DNA from: an uncultured virus (IMG/VR IMGVR_UViG_3300024500_000029)
Taxonomy: Duplodnaviria > Heunggongvirae > Uroviricota > Caudoviricetes
Length of the DNA: 20,000 bases
IMG/VR virus record: IMGVR_UViG_3300024500_000029
Reading direction: 5' to 3' (one strand)
A program made the translations under genes and the position numbers. The notes beneath the pieces are model-generated. The model saw only the letters and a program-made list of their open reading frames with translations, did no database searches and was not told where the DNA came from. This document shows positions 6,441 to 14,781 of this stretch, one piece after another (positions within the stretch are counted from its first letter, which is position 1; each line of letters opens with the position of its first letter).

Positions 6441-6976
6441 TAATACCAAAGATGGTAAGGTTCAGGTTTAAATCTCATTGAGAATATAGCTCTAAGTTTA
6501 TCCTGGTTATTTTCCACACTGTGTGGTATATCTACTCTAACTAGATGTGGTGTGGTAAGAGCAAGGCCAGCTAATTTAATTTTATTCTCACCGTCCATTT
6601 TGGCAATATTGTTACCGTAGGATTGATGACTACGATATTCCACAATATCTACATTATCCCACCAGATCATTTCCGACTGATCGCAGTTTAGTAGTGGTAA
6701 GTTAAGACTAAAAATTCTGGAAACTTCCGAATTTCCGTCTACGTGGATGTATAACCCATCTCTAGGTGGAGTTACAAAAAATCTTCCTACATCTAGTACA
6801 AGATTGTTTGCGTTAAAAAACTTTACTAGTTCTGGGCAATATTGTTCTATAAGATCGTGACTGGTAGCCTTGGTGTTTGTAGAATCGAAGTCTGTGATAG
6901 TCTTGTACATAAGATCTATCAGCTTAGGTTTAATAATTTGAAAGTCAGGAAGGTCTATGGCTTTGTAGGGAAGCAT
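6440..6976 (-). CDS. Cupin / 2OG-Fe(II) oxygenase-like protein
   Basis: IHVDG (HxD) ... LNLP ... IPHSVEN ... RAIFSMRF. Confidence 0.65.
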   Translation of the reverse strand: MLPYKAIDLPDFQIIKPKLIDLMYKTITDFDSTNTKATSHDLIEQYCPELVKFFNANNLVLDVGRFFVTPPRDGLYIHVDGNSEVSRIFSLNLPLLNCDQSEMIWWDNVDIVEYRSHQSYGNNIAKMDGENKIKLAGLALTTPHLVRVDIPHSVENNQDKLRAIFSMRFKPEPYHLWY

Positions 6977-6981
6977 AAAAA

Positions 6982-6989
6982 TATTTATA
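6982..6989 (-). promoter_or_regulatory. T4-like late promoter motif TATAAATA
   Basis: The minus strand reads TATAAATA-TTTTT-ATG, directly into the 6976 start; no RBS. Confidence 0.55.
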
Positions 6990-7014
6990 GTGAGTTGTTA
7001 TAGTAAAAGAAAAT

Positions 7015-7090
7015 GGGGGTGTAGCTCAGCTGGGAGAGCAGGACCTTTGCAAGGTCAAGGTAGCGGGTTCGAGTCCTGTCACCTCCACCA
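7015..7090 (+). tRNA. trnA: tRNA-Ala (TGC)
   Basis: G3:U70 pair, TT TGC AA loop, CCA end. Confidence 0.95.
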
Positions 7091-7106
7091 TTTTAAGGAG
7101 TGTATT

Positions 7107-7502
7107 ATGTGGATAGAAAATGTAGCCGCCATTGATGTCAAAAACGGGCATCATTTCGATGCTGGCCCCAATAGTATGTTGATACAAATAGCCGATCCTG
7201 CAGGCTGGTTTCCTACCCCCAAACACTCTTTTAAAGAAGTCCATAGGTTTGAATTTCTAGATGCCGACGATCAAGATGGCTTCCCTGAAGAAACCAAGAT
7301 ATCTAGAACACAGGCACAGGATATCACTTTGTTACTTAAACGTGCAGTGTCTGACAGAATGAATGTAGTAGTACATTGCACAGCAGGTCTCTGTCGTAGT
7401 GGTGCAGTTTGTGAAGTAGGTATTGTTCTAGGACTAGCTGATACTGGAAAGTTTAGACTACCCAATGTGCGTGTCAAAAAGTTTTTGTTGGATGCCATTT
7501 AA
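7107..7502 (+). CDS. Cys-based (PTP/dual-specificity-like) phosphatase
   Basis: HCTAGLCRS CX5R motif; AAGGAG RBS before ATG 7107. The track's 6990 start runs through tRNA-Ala. Confidence 0.8.
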   Translation: MWIENVAAIDVKNGHHFDAGPNSMLIQIADPAGWFPTPKHSFKEVHRFEFLDADDQDGFPEETKISRTQAQDITLLLKRAVSDRMNVVVHCTAGLCRSGAVCEVGIVLGLADTGKFRLPNVRVKKFLLDAI

Positions 7503-8135
7503 CCGTAGCCAATCCTCATAAAACTTTATACTAGTATTGGTAAAGGGAAATCCTAAAGTTTCTAGCCAGTTGTTAAATTTTTGCGGGTTAATAAGGTCTA
7601 AATAATCTATAGTATAGTCTGAATCTAAATTAAAACAAGCAGGCAATAATTCTTGTTCATCAAAACTTTTAAGATAGTATTGTTTAAGTTCTTCTAGAGT
7701 TAGATTTTCTAGATTAAATTTATCCTGTGGTGTTATTTCTATACCTGAAGTCTTTAAAAGATGTATGTGATGATCCACAAGGTGTTCTAATAAAGCGGGA
7801 TAACTTCCTTGTGTGTAGGTTACTGCCAGAGTACAACATCTATCCTGGTACTTTGCTACTATAAAGTTATACTGTTCTAGAGAATTAGTTCCAAACATAA
7901 GATGTTTACCCTGCTTAAATGCAGTATTAATTATACTATCTAGATAATCTTGACTAGATTGCCAGTCAACATTACGGAAGTTTCTGTAATTGCCTTCAAT
8001 TCTTGGTAAAAAGTTTGTAACGATTTCTCCCAGGGCACGTATTTTTAAAAATTTGTCCTCTAGAATATAATCACATATATTATAAAATTGATCCGGTGCA
8101 TTTTTAATAATTTGAGCTCCAGCTATTTCAAACAT
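7458..8135 (-). CDS. Hypothetical protein
   Basis: Long ORF; start at 8135 (MFEIAG) or 8177; TATAAATA on the minus strand at 8199-8206. Confidence 0.7.
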   Translation of the reverse strand: MFEIAGAQIIKNAPDQFYNICDYILEDKFLKIRALGEIVTNFLPRIEGNYRNFRNVDWQSSQDYLDSIINTAFKQGKHLMFGTNSLEQYNFIVAKYQDRCCTLAVTYTQGSYPALLEHLVDHHIHLLKTSGIEITPQDKFNLENLTLEELKQYYLKSFDEQELLPACFNLDSDYTIDYLDLINPQKFNNWLETLGFPFTNTSIKFYEDWLRLNGIQQKLFDTHIG

Positions 8136-8170
8136 ATTAAGTCTTTGTGTTTTGAATAGATAGATAAAAT

Positions 8171-8199
8171 TTGACATCTTGATAGTTTAATAGTAAAAT
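8171..8199 (+). promoter_or_regulatory. Sigma70-type promoter
   Basis: TTGACA 8171-8176, 17-nt spacer, TAAAAT 8194-8199. Confidence 0.6.
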
Positions 8200-8222
8200 A
8201 TTTATAATAAGAGACTTGTATA

Positions 8223-8855
8223 ATGAACAAAATACCAATCTGGCTGCATCAGCCCGCGAATATAGATCCTAATGCGTTAGCTGATATAAAACTAGAAATT
8301 TTAAATCTGTTCAATGAAACTAAGACAAGTAGGTTATTCAGCGAAAAAACAATGGGATACAGTACTAAAGATCTCTACAGTAAAGTAGAGCTACTGAAAA
8401 AATTGCCAAGTTTGACGAGAGAATTGAATAGGTTAAAAATTTTAAAATACTTTGACGTGCTGTGTTTATTCTGGCTGAGACCAGAATATTCCGAATTACC
8501 AATACATATAGACGATCCTGAATTTAATGTTAATGTAGCTCTTAATATACCCGTGCAAGGTTGCACAGGCAGTTACACAGTGTGGTACGATGCTGAAATA
8601 GATTTTAATGCTAAAATACCCGACTATGCCACTGATGGTATCTATGATCCTGGCGGCAGAACAATCACAGGTACTGCAAAAGAAATAGCTAGAATTGACA
8701 GCGGAGTGCCCAGCTGGGTAAATATTGCTGTACCACACAGAGGTATGTATATAAGTGGTCAGGAAAGAATAAACGCTAGTTTAAGATTTACTTCTGAAAT
8801 ATATGATATTTTAGACAGTGAGTTTTTTAACCAGCAATTAGTTATGCGGGCGTAG
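8223..8855 (+). CDS. Cupin / 2OG-Fe(II) oxygenase-like protein (paralog of 6440-6976)
   Basis: IHIDD ... LNIP ... VPHRG ... RINASLRF. Confidence 0.65.
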   Translation: MNKIPIWLHQPANIDPNALADIKLEILNLFNETKTSRLFSEKTMGYSTKDLYSKVELLKKLPSLTRELNRLKILKYFDVLCLFWLRPEYSELPIHIDDPEFNVNVALNIPVQGCTGSYTVWYDAEIDFNAKIPDYATDGIYDPGGRTITGTAKEIARIDSGVPSWVNIAVPHRGMYISGQERINASLRFTSEIYDILDSEFFNQQLVMRA

Positions 8856-8921
8856 CTCAGTTGGTAGAGCACTTGCCTTCCAAGCAAGACGTCGAGAGTT
8901 CGAACCTCTTCGCCCGCTCCA
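8846..8921 (+). tRNA. trnG: tRNA-Gly (TCC)
   Basis: GCGGGCG/CGCCCGC acceptor, CT TCC AA loop, TCCA end. Confidence 0.95.
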
Positions 8922-8940
8922 AGTTTCAAGGAGATAGTAA

Positions 8941-9123
8941 ATGAAACCTATTACATTTATTGTAGAACGTAGTAAAGAACGTGTGATATGTGAGAACACT
9001 CGCGATGTTCGTGTGATAGATGGCGTAGAATATCTCACTGTTCACAAAGAAAACAATCCTAGACCTTTCCTAATGCGGCGTGACAGTCTTAAAAAACTTG
9101 AACGCAAGTCAATCAATTTTTAA
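8941..9123 (+). CDS. Hypothetical protein (60 aa)
   Basis: AAGGAG RBS. Confidence 0.75.
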   Translation: MKPITFIVERSKERVICENTRDVRVIDGVEYLTVHKENNPRPFLMRRDSLKKLERKSINF

Positions 9124-9128
9124 TCAAT

Positions 9129-9208
9129 GTTGCTAATATTGTAACTTTTTTATTGTTAAAAAAGCAACAAAAATTCTGGTTGACATTATCCCCCAAATAG
9201 GTTATAAT
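9129..9208 (+). promoter_or_regulatory. Consensus sigma70 promoter with two palindromic operator-like sites
   Basis: GTTGC-N7-GTAAC 9129-9145; ATTGT-N7-GCAAC 9152-9168; TTGACA 9180-9185, 17-nt spacer, TATAAT 9203-9208. Confidence 0.8.
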
Positions 9209-9238
9209 AGCGGTATAGTAATTAACAAGGAGCGGGCG

Positions 9239-9520
9239 ATGGAAATCTTCGCATATATCGGAATGGTAGCAGTGGGTATGGGAATATTTGGTATTGCCTG
9301 CGTGTTATATAGTTTGATCCGCGCCCTGTTTCTAGCACACGATTTTATTATGTGGCAGTATGCTATGAGCAAAGAGAGCAATCCTGACCTTAAGTTTGAA
9401 TTTAAACTGTACTTCCGTGGCATTGCCAAGAACTGGATTGATATGATAGGATACACATCTGACAGCTTTACCTGCCGCATTGGGTCTAGCGAGTGGTCAG
9501 GTTGGAGATCCTGGCGATAA
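9239..9520 (+). CDS. Hypothetical membrane protein
   Basis: AAGGAG RBS; N-terminal hydrophobic helix. Confidence 0.75.
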   Translation: MEIFAYIGMVAVGMGIFGIACVLYSLIRALFLAHDFIMWQYAMSKESNPDLKFEFKLYFRGIAKNWIDMIGYTSDSFTCRIGSSEWSGWRSWR

Positions 9521-9687
9521 TGTGGATCTTACTTAATATTTTACTAATTGCTGGACAGCCCGACATCACAGTAGTTGCCAAAACTACCACAATGACGGAA
9601 TGCATTAACCTACTGAAACAGCAGCCCAGAAACTCTGGCCATTATTGTGTCTATGCAAAGACAGGTGACAAAACAAATGAGAAGTAA
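9520..9687 (+). CDS. Small hypothetical protein (MWILLNILLIAG...)
   Basis: TAATG coupling with the upstream stop. Confidence 0.6.
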   Translation: MWILLNILLIAGQPDITVVAKTTTMTECINLLKQQPRNSGHYCVYAKTGDKTNEK

Positions 9688-9955
9688 ATTTTCAATATAC
9701 GACATTGATAGAGACCGTAAAATTATTTTTATTGAAGATGACAACGGCCCTGTCTCAGTTACAAATGATGCAGAAAATGTTCTTCGATCTGTGCGCAATG
9801 CAACAGGAGATAGCTATCGTGTAGTGTATAAAGACAGCACGGGTGAGTGGTGGGAAATTGTTGAGAATCGCACCACTTGGATGGGCACAGGCATTGGATT
9901 CGAACCTTGGAATGGGTTAGCCTGGGACATACTAAACACCGAGGAGCCGCAATGA
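9677..9955 (+). CDS. Hypothetical protein
   Basis: AGGTGA RBS before ATG 9677; part of an overlapping gene chain. Confidence 0.7.
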   Translation: MRSKFSIYDIDRDRKIIFIEDDNGPVSVTNDAENVLRSVRNATGDSYRVVYKDSTGEWWEIVENRTTWMGTGIGFEPWNGLAWDILNTEEPQ

Positions 9956-10149
9956 ACAAATTTGAACAATGGATGCTAAAGCGTATTATCAGACAAGAAG
10001 TGCGCCAGGGAGGCCATCCCGAACGAATAGTTAAACTCTACGCAATGATACGTGAAGCCTGTGAGCAAGAGTTTTATGAAGACAATATACCAACATTAAA
10101 TTATTCCCTCTGTGGATGGTTTGAAGATAGTTTAAGAAAATTAAAATAA
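9952..10149 (+). CDS. Hypothetical protein
   Basis: GAGGAG RBS and ATGA overlap at 9952. Confidence 0.7.
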   Translation: MNKFEQWMLKRIIRQEVRQGGHPERIVKLYAMIREACEQEFYEDNIPTLNYSLCGWFEDSLRKLK

Positions 10150-10159
10150 GGAGAGCAAA

Positions 10160-10723
10160 ATGCCAGCAGTGTTTTTAGTAAGTGACACGCATTTTGGTCA
10201 CGCTGGCGTTTGCCGCTTTATGCGGAACGATGGAGTAACCAAACTGCGCCCCTGGGACAACCCCGAGGAAATGGATGAGTTTATGGTCAAAGCCTGGAAC
10301 GAACGAGTTAGGCCCAACGACAAAGTCTATCATCTTGGTGACGTTGTTATTAACCGTCGAGCACTTGCTACACTTGCACGCCTAAACGGTGACAAAGTCT
10401 TGATACGTGGTAACCACGATATCTTCCGTGATGACGAATATAGAAAGTACTTCCGTGAACTACGTGCGTACCACGTTATGAACGGAATGATACTGAGCCA
10501 TATTCCCATCCACGAGGAAAGCCTGGGTCGTTTTGGTACCAACATACACGGTCATCTTCACGCAAACCGCGTAATGAAAGATGGTGTAGTTGATACTCGC
10601 TATCACTGTGTGTGCGTAGAACAAACAGACTTTCGTCCCATACTGTTTGAAGATGTCATCAAGCGTATCGAGGCTGAGGGTGGTTCAGTGGGTTTTAAAA
10701 ATGGGAACGGTCCTATTATGTAA
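10160..10723 (+). CDS. Calcineurin-like metallophosphoesterase
   Basis: DTH, GD, GNHD, SHIP and HGHLH motifs; AAGGAG RBS. Confidence 0.9.
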   Translation: MPAVFLVSDTHFGHAGVCRFMRNDGVTKLRPWDNPEEMDEFMVKAWNERVRPNDKVYHLGDVVINRRALATLARLNGDKVLIRGNHDIFRDDEYRKYFRELRAYHVMNGMILSHIPIHEESLGRFGTNIHGHLHANRVMKDGVVDTRYHCVCVEQTDFRPILFEDVIKRIEAEGGSVGFKNGNGPIM

Positions 10724-10750
10724 ATACTAGGACTGTTTTCCAGGATTTTT

Positions 10751-11311
10751 ATGAAAAAAGACGAAAATTTTGATGCTAGGCAACGTATTGAATTAAAGTT
10801 ACTGGAAAATTCCACACATTATATCTACGGTGAAATTAACTCAGAAAACATAGCTGAAGCAATAAAATGGATTCTTTATGAAAATTTGCAAGCCAAAGAA
10901 CAAAAAACACTGACGTTATATATTAACAGTATAGGGGGAGATCTTTATGATGCCTTCGCTCTAATAGATGTTATGAAGAACAGCCCACATACTATCAGGA
11001 CCGTGGGCATTGGGTCAGTGATGTCATCAGCATTTCTAATTTTTTCTGCAGGAACAAAGGGGGAACGCTGGGCCAGTGCCAATGCAAGTTTTATGAGTCA
11101 TCAGTATTCTGACAATCTCAGTGGCAAGCATCACGATCTCAAGGCCACGATGAAAGACGGAGAACTTATGAATCAGCGTATGATTGATCTGCTTAAAACA
11201 GTCACCGGGCTACCCGCAAGCAAGGTTAAATCTAAATTATTACCACCCACGGATGTTTATCTGACTGCACAGGAGATCATTGACCTTGGTGTAGCGGATC
11301 ATTTAATATAA
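10751..11311 (+). CDS. clpP: ClpP-like serine protease subunit
   Basis: LYINSIGG, GSVMSSA (Ser), FMSHQ (His), DVYLTAQE (Asp), LGVADHL. Confidence 0.85.
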   Translation: MKKDENFDARQRIELKLLENSTHYIYGEINSENIAEAIKWILYENLQAKEQKTLTLYINSIGGDLYDAFALIDVMKNSPHTIRTVGIGSVMSSAFLIFSAGTKGERWASANASFMSHQYSDNLSGKHHDLKATMKDGELMNQRMIDLLKTVTGLPASKVKSKLLPPTDVYLTAQEIIDLGVADHLI

Positions 11312-11312
11312 T

Positions 11313-11388
11313 GCTGCTATAGCTCTAGTGGTAGAGCGCCGCCTTGGTAAGGCGGAGGTCACTGGTTCGAATCCAGTTAGCAGCACCA
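11313..11388 (+). tRNA. trnT: tRNA-Thr (GGT)
   Basis: GCTGCTA/TAGCAGC acceptor, TT GGT AA loop, CCA end. Confidence 0.95.
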
Positions 11389-11407
11389 AATAATTCAAGA
11401 GGCGTAA

Positions 11408-11881
11408 ATGGAAAGAAAACTTGATATCGATGCAGTAAAAAAATTTATAGACCAACAAAGTGATAGTACCAAAATTTATATCGGTGCAGACAGTGCCAGA
11501 TATAAAGTTGGTAATAAGTGGTATGCTGATTATACACTGGCTGTGGTAGTGCATATTGATGGTTGTCACGGTTGTAAGATTTTTGGTGAAGTACAGACAG
11601 AAGTTGATTATGATCACAAAGCCAGCCGTCCCAGTATGCGTCTTATGAACGAAGTCTACAAGGTGGCAGAACTCTATCAGAAGTTGGTAGACGTAATTGG
11701 TGATCGTGAGGTACAAATACATCTTGACATTAATCCTGATGAGCGCCATAATAGCAGCATTGTGATACAACAGGCTGTGGGTTATATTCGTGGTGTGTGC
11801 AATGTGATACCAATGGTGAAGCCTCGTGCCTTCGCTGCTAGTTATGCAGCAGATAGGTTAAAAGAAGTCCTAGCAGCCTAG
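11408..11881 (+). CDS. RNase H-like YkuK (DUF458) family protein
   Basis: IYIGADS, RLMNEV, IHLDIN, VKPRAFAASYAAD motifs. Confidence 0.8.
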   Translation: MERKLDIDAVKKFIDQQSDSTKIYIGADSARYKVGNKWYADYTLAVVVHIDGCHGCKIFGEVQTEVDYDHKASRPSMRLMNEVYKVAELYQKLVDVIGDREVQIHLDINPDERHNSSIVIQQAVGYIRGVCNVIPMVKPRAFAASYAADRLKEVLAA

Positions 11882-11887
11882 AAATAA

Positions 11888-11962
11888 ACTTCGGTGGCAG
11901 AATGGTTGATGCTCCCATCTCTAAAATGGGCTAAATGGGTTCGAATCCCATCCGAAGTACCA
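11888..11962 (+). tRNA. Amber suppressor tRNA (anticodon CTA)
   Basis: ACTTCGG/CCGAAGT acceptor, CCCAT-CT CTA AA-ATGGG anticodon arm, ATGGG-TTCGAAT-CCCAT T-arm, ACCA end. Confidence 0.88.
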
Positions 11963-11968
11963 TAATTT

Positions 11969-11995
11969 AACCGCCCCTAGGGGCGGTTTTTCTTT
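11969..11995 (+). terminator. Rho-independent terminator
   Basis: AACCGCCCC-TA-GGGGCGGTT palindrome running into a T-tract. Confidence 0.85.
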
Positions 11996-12055
11996 GACTA
12001 TTTTTTTAATAACCTGTAAACTAAACGTTAAATACACTATATTTTCAACTACCCT

Positions 12056-13033
12056 ATGTTAAAAAATCAAATATTAAAATATAGTAGGCAAACTACTATG
12101 GCTCCACTGGGAGCTTGGTTTGATCAAACTCTTGACAAACTTATCTATAAAAATACCTACGTCTACGAAGATACTTTAAAAGTGTTTCAGGAACGCCTTG
12201 TACAAGGGCTTCGTGATTACCGTGACAAATATAAAATAGAAAATGTTGCATTGGGAATGAGTGGTGGTGTAGATAGTGCTCTTACTGCTGCATTATTTAA
12301 ACAAGCAGGATGGAATGTATTGGGCGTAACAATGCCTATACATCAAAATCCTGAAGAAACTGCCCGCGGTATTGAAACAATACAGGCATTAGGTATAGAA
12401 CATAAACATATAGATCTAACTGAAGATTTTGATAGGTTATATAATAGTTTCCTAGCCCGAGACTTTAGTCTAGGCAATAGTCCACTGCGCAGTGGTAATC
12501 TAAGAGTTCGTCTGCGTATGATGACAGTTTATAATGAAGCTTCACGCATTGGGGGACTAGTAGGCAGTACTGACAACTTTAGCGAACTAGCAGCAGGTTT
12601 TTGGACACTACACGGTGACGTTGGTGATCTAGCACCCATACAAAGTTTAAACAAAAGTTGGGAAGTTCCTAAACTTGCTGAAATGGCCGGTGTGCCTGAT
12701 TCCACAGTGTTTGCAAGACCCACCGACGGACTAGGCATTAGCAATGGTGATGAAGAACAGTTTGGCTTTAGCTATCTTGAATTTGATATTGTTTTATTGT
12801 CTCTAGTCACGGCAGTTGCAAGGCATAATCTAAAAACTGCTGATCAGATTTTACTAATGTTAGAGGTAGATCCCTCTGATCAAGATACAGTAACTCGTGT
12901 TAAAAAAATTCTGGATAGAATTAAATCAAGTACTTTTAAACGAGCTAACCCCTATAATCTTGCTCATCCTATTGATAGTTATAGGTATCAAGGACTAGCC
13001 AATCTTGACCAAGCTCTTAGATCTAATCTATGA
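12056..13033 (+). CDS. nadE: NH3-dependent NAD+ synthetase
   Basis: GMSGGVDS PP-loop, GNLRVRLRM, STDNFSE, GFWTLHGDVGDLAPI, PTDGL; no glutaminase domain. Confidence 0.88.
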   Translation: MLKNQILKYSRQTTMAPLGAWFDQTLDKLIYKNTYVYEDTLKVFQERLVQGLRDYRDKYKIENVALGMSGGVDSALTAALFKQAGWNVLGVTMPIHQNPEETARGIETIQALGIEHKHIDLTEDFDRLYNSFLARDFSLGNSPLRSGNLRVRLRMMTVYNEASRIGGLVGSTDNFSELAAGFWTLHGDVGDLAPIQSLNKSWEVPKLAEMAGVPDSTVFARPTDGLGISNGDEEQFGFSYLEFDIVLLSLVTAVARHNLKTADQILLMLEVDPSDQDTVTRVKKILDRIKSSTFKRANPYNLAHPIDSYRYQGLANLDQALRSNL

Positions 13034-13842
13034 AAAAAATAGCCATACTTGGTGCCAATGGCACTCTGGGAAATTTACTCGGCGTTCTACTTAAAGATGT
13101 TGGCACTATATTACCAGTAACTAGAAAAGATCTCGACTTATTAAACTACACTGCTGTTTATGACTGGCTACAACGAGAACACCCAGATGTAATTATTAAC
13201 TGTGCTTTCAGTGGCGGTAGTGTTAATACCACCGATGTTAATTTAAGTGATTTGCAGAGAAATATGCAGATGTTCCTTAATTTTTATCATCAGCCATCTA
13301 AATTTAGATATATTAACTTTGGTAGTGGGGCTGAATTCGATAGAGCTAGGGATATCAATAATGTCCAAGAACTGGAAATTACAGAACGTAATCCCATAGA
13401 CACCTATGGGCTCGCTAAAAACTATATTGCCCGCACTATTTGGAAAAGAGACAATTTTTATACATTAAGACTATTTGGTTGTTTTGGTTACAATGAGCCT
13501 AGTTCCAGATTATTTAAGAGACTTCTAAACACAGGCAAACTTAGCGTAATTGATCGTAAATTTGATTTTTTTAGTCATAGAGATATGGCCACTGTCGTTA
13601 AACACTACATAAATGCAGATCAAAAAGACTTAATCAAAGACATTAATTTAGTCTATAAAGAAAAATACAGTCTATACTATCAGGCATTATTGTTTGCTGA
13701 CACACATTGCCCAACAGGGGAAGTTTTACTACAGGGATCTAGTGATCTAAATTATACTGGTAACAGTGACTTATTATATAGTCTTAATCTAGATTTACAC
13801 GGTTTGAAACAGGGAATAGAGGATTATAAACCCAATGAATAA
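13030..13842 (+). CDS. NAD-dependent epimerase/reductase (extended SDR, RmlD-like N-terminus)
   Basis: GANGTLG, INCA, YGLAK (YxxxK). Confidence 0.85.
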   Translation: MKKIAILGANGTLGNLLGVLLKDVGTILPVTRKDLDLLNYTAVYDWLQREHPDVIINCAFSGGSVNTTDVNLSDLQRNMQMFLNFYHQPSKFRYINFGSGAEFDRARDINNVQELEITERNPIDTYGLAKNYIARTIWKRDNFYTLRLFGCFGYNEPSSRLFKRLLNTGKLSVIDRKFDFFSHRDMATVVKHYINADQKDLIKDINLVYKEKYSLYYQALLFADTHCPTGEVLLQGSSDLNYTGNSDLLYSLNLDLHGLKQGIEDYKPNE

Positions 13843-14779
13843 TAAAAAAATAGTATACATAACTGGATGTCTAGGCTTTATAGGAAGCCACCTAACCAGG
13901 CAATGTCTTAACCTAGGGTGGTACGTTTGTGGTGTAGATAAACTTACCTATGCAGCCAATCAACAATTTCTACCCGAATTTAAAAATTATCCTAATTTCA
14001 AATTTATAGAAAGCGACATTAATGATCTTGATATGCTCTATGAATGTGATTATGTAATCAACACTGCGGCAGAAAGTCACGTGGATAACAGTATTGAAGA
14101 TAGTGACAGTTTTGTACATTCCAACATTAATGGTGTTCATAATCTACTAAAACTTATAGCCAAAAAGAAACAACGTCGTCCTATATTTTTACACTACAGC
14201 ACAGACGAAGTTTATGGAGATATTGTAGAAGGCAGTCATAGTGAAAAAGATTTACTCAAACCTAGTAATCCCTATAGCGCAACCAAGGCTGCTGCTGATC
14301 AACTAGTGCTAGCCTGGAGTAGAACACACGGTATTAACTACATCATTGTTAGGCCTACCAATAATTATGGTATTGGACAATACGTGGAAAAACTTATACC
14401 CAAGAGTGTTAAATTTCTGGAAATAGGTAGAAAGATAGACCTACATAATAACGGGACACCTATTAGGACCTGGTTACACGCTGCCGATACAGCTAGGGCC
14501 ACCATACACATTATTAATTCTGGTGTAGTAAACGAAATCTATAACATAAGCGGCAATCTAGAATTACCAAACATAGAAGTGGTTAAAAAGATTCTTGGTC
14601 TTTTTGGTATAGAAGAAAACATACAGGATTATATTGAGCCCAGTATGAGGCAGGGGCAGGATGTAAGGTACAGCATTGATGATAGTAAATTGAAGAATCT
14701 GGGCTGGCAACCTCAGGCAATATTTGACACAGAGCTAGAAAAAATAGTAGAATACTATAGAAATAATTTTGTGTGGTAA
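13835..14779 (+). CDS. rmlB: NDP (dTDP)-glucose 4,6-dehydratase
   Basis: TGCLGFIG, AAESHVDNSI, STDEVYG, PSNPYSATK, NNYG. Confidence 0.88.
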   Translation: MNNKKIVYITGCLGFIGSHLTRQCLNLGWYVCGVDKLTYAANQQFLPEFKNYPNFKFIESDINDLDMLYECDYVINTAAESHVDNSIEDSDSFVHSNINGVHNLLKLIAKKKQRRPIFLHYSTDEVYGDIVEGSHSEKDLLKPSNPYSATKAAADQLVLAWSRTHGINYIIVRPTNNYGIGQYVEKLIPKSVKFLEIGRKIDLHNNGTPIRTWLHAADTARATIHIINSGVVNEIYNISGNLELPNIEVVKKILGLFGIEENIQDYIEPSMRQGQDVRYSIDDSKLKNLGWQPQAIFDTELEKIVEYYRNNFVW

Positions 14780-14781
14780 CA

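Noticed and set aside
6990..7106. N-terminal extension of the phosphatase ORF
   Set aside because: It runs through tRNA-Ala; a strong RBS supports ATG 7107.
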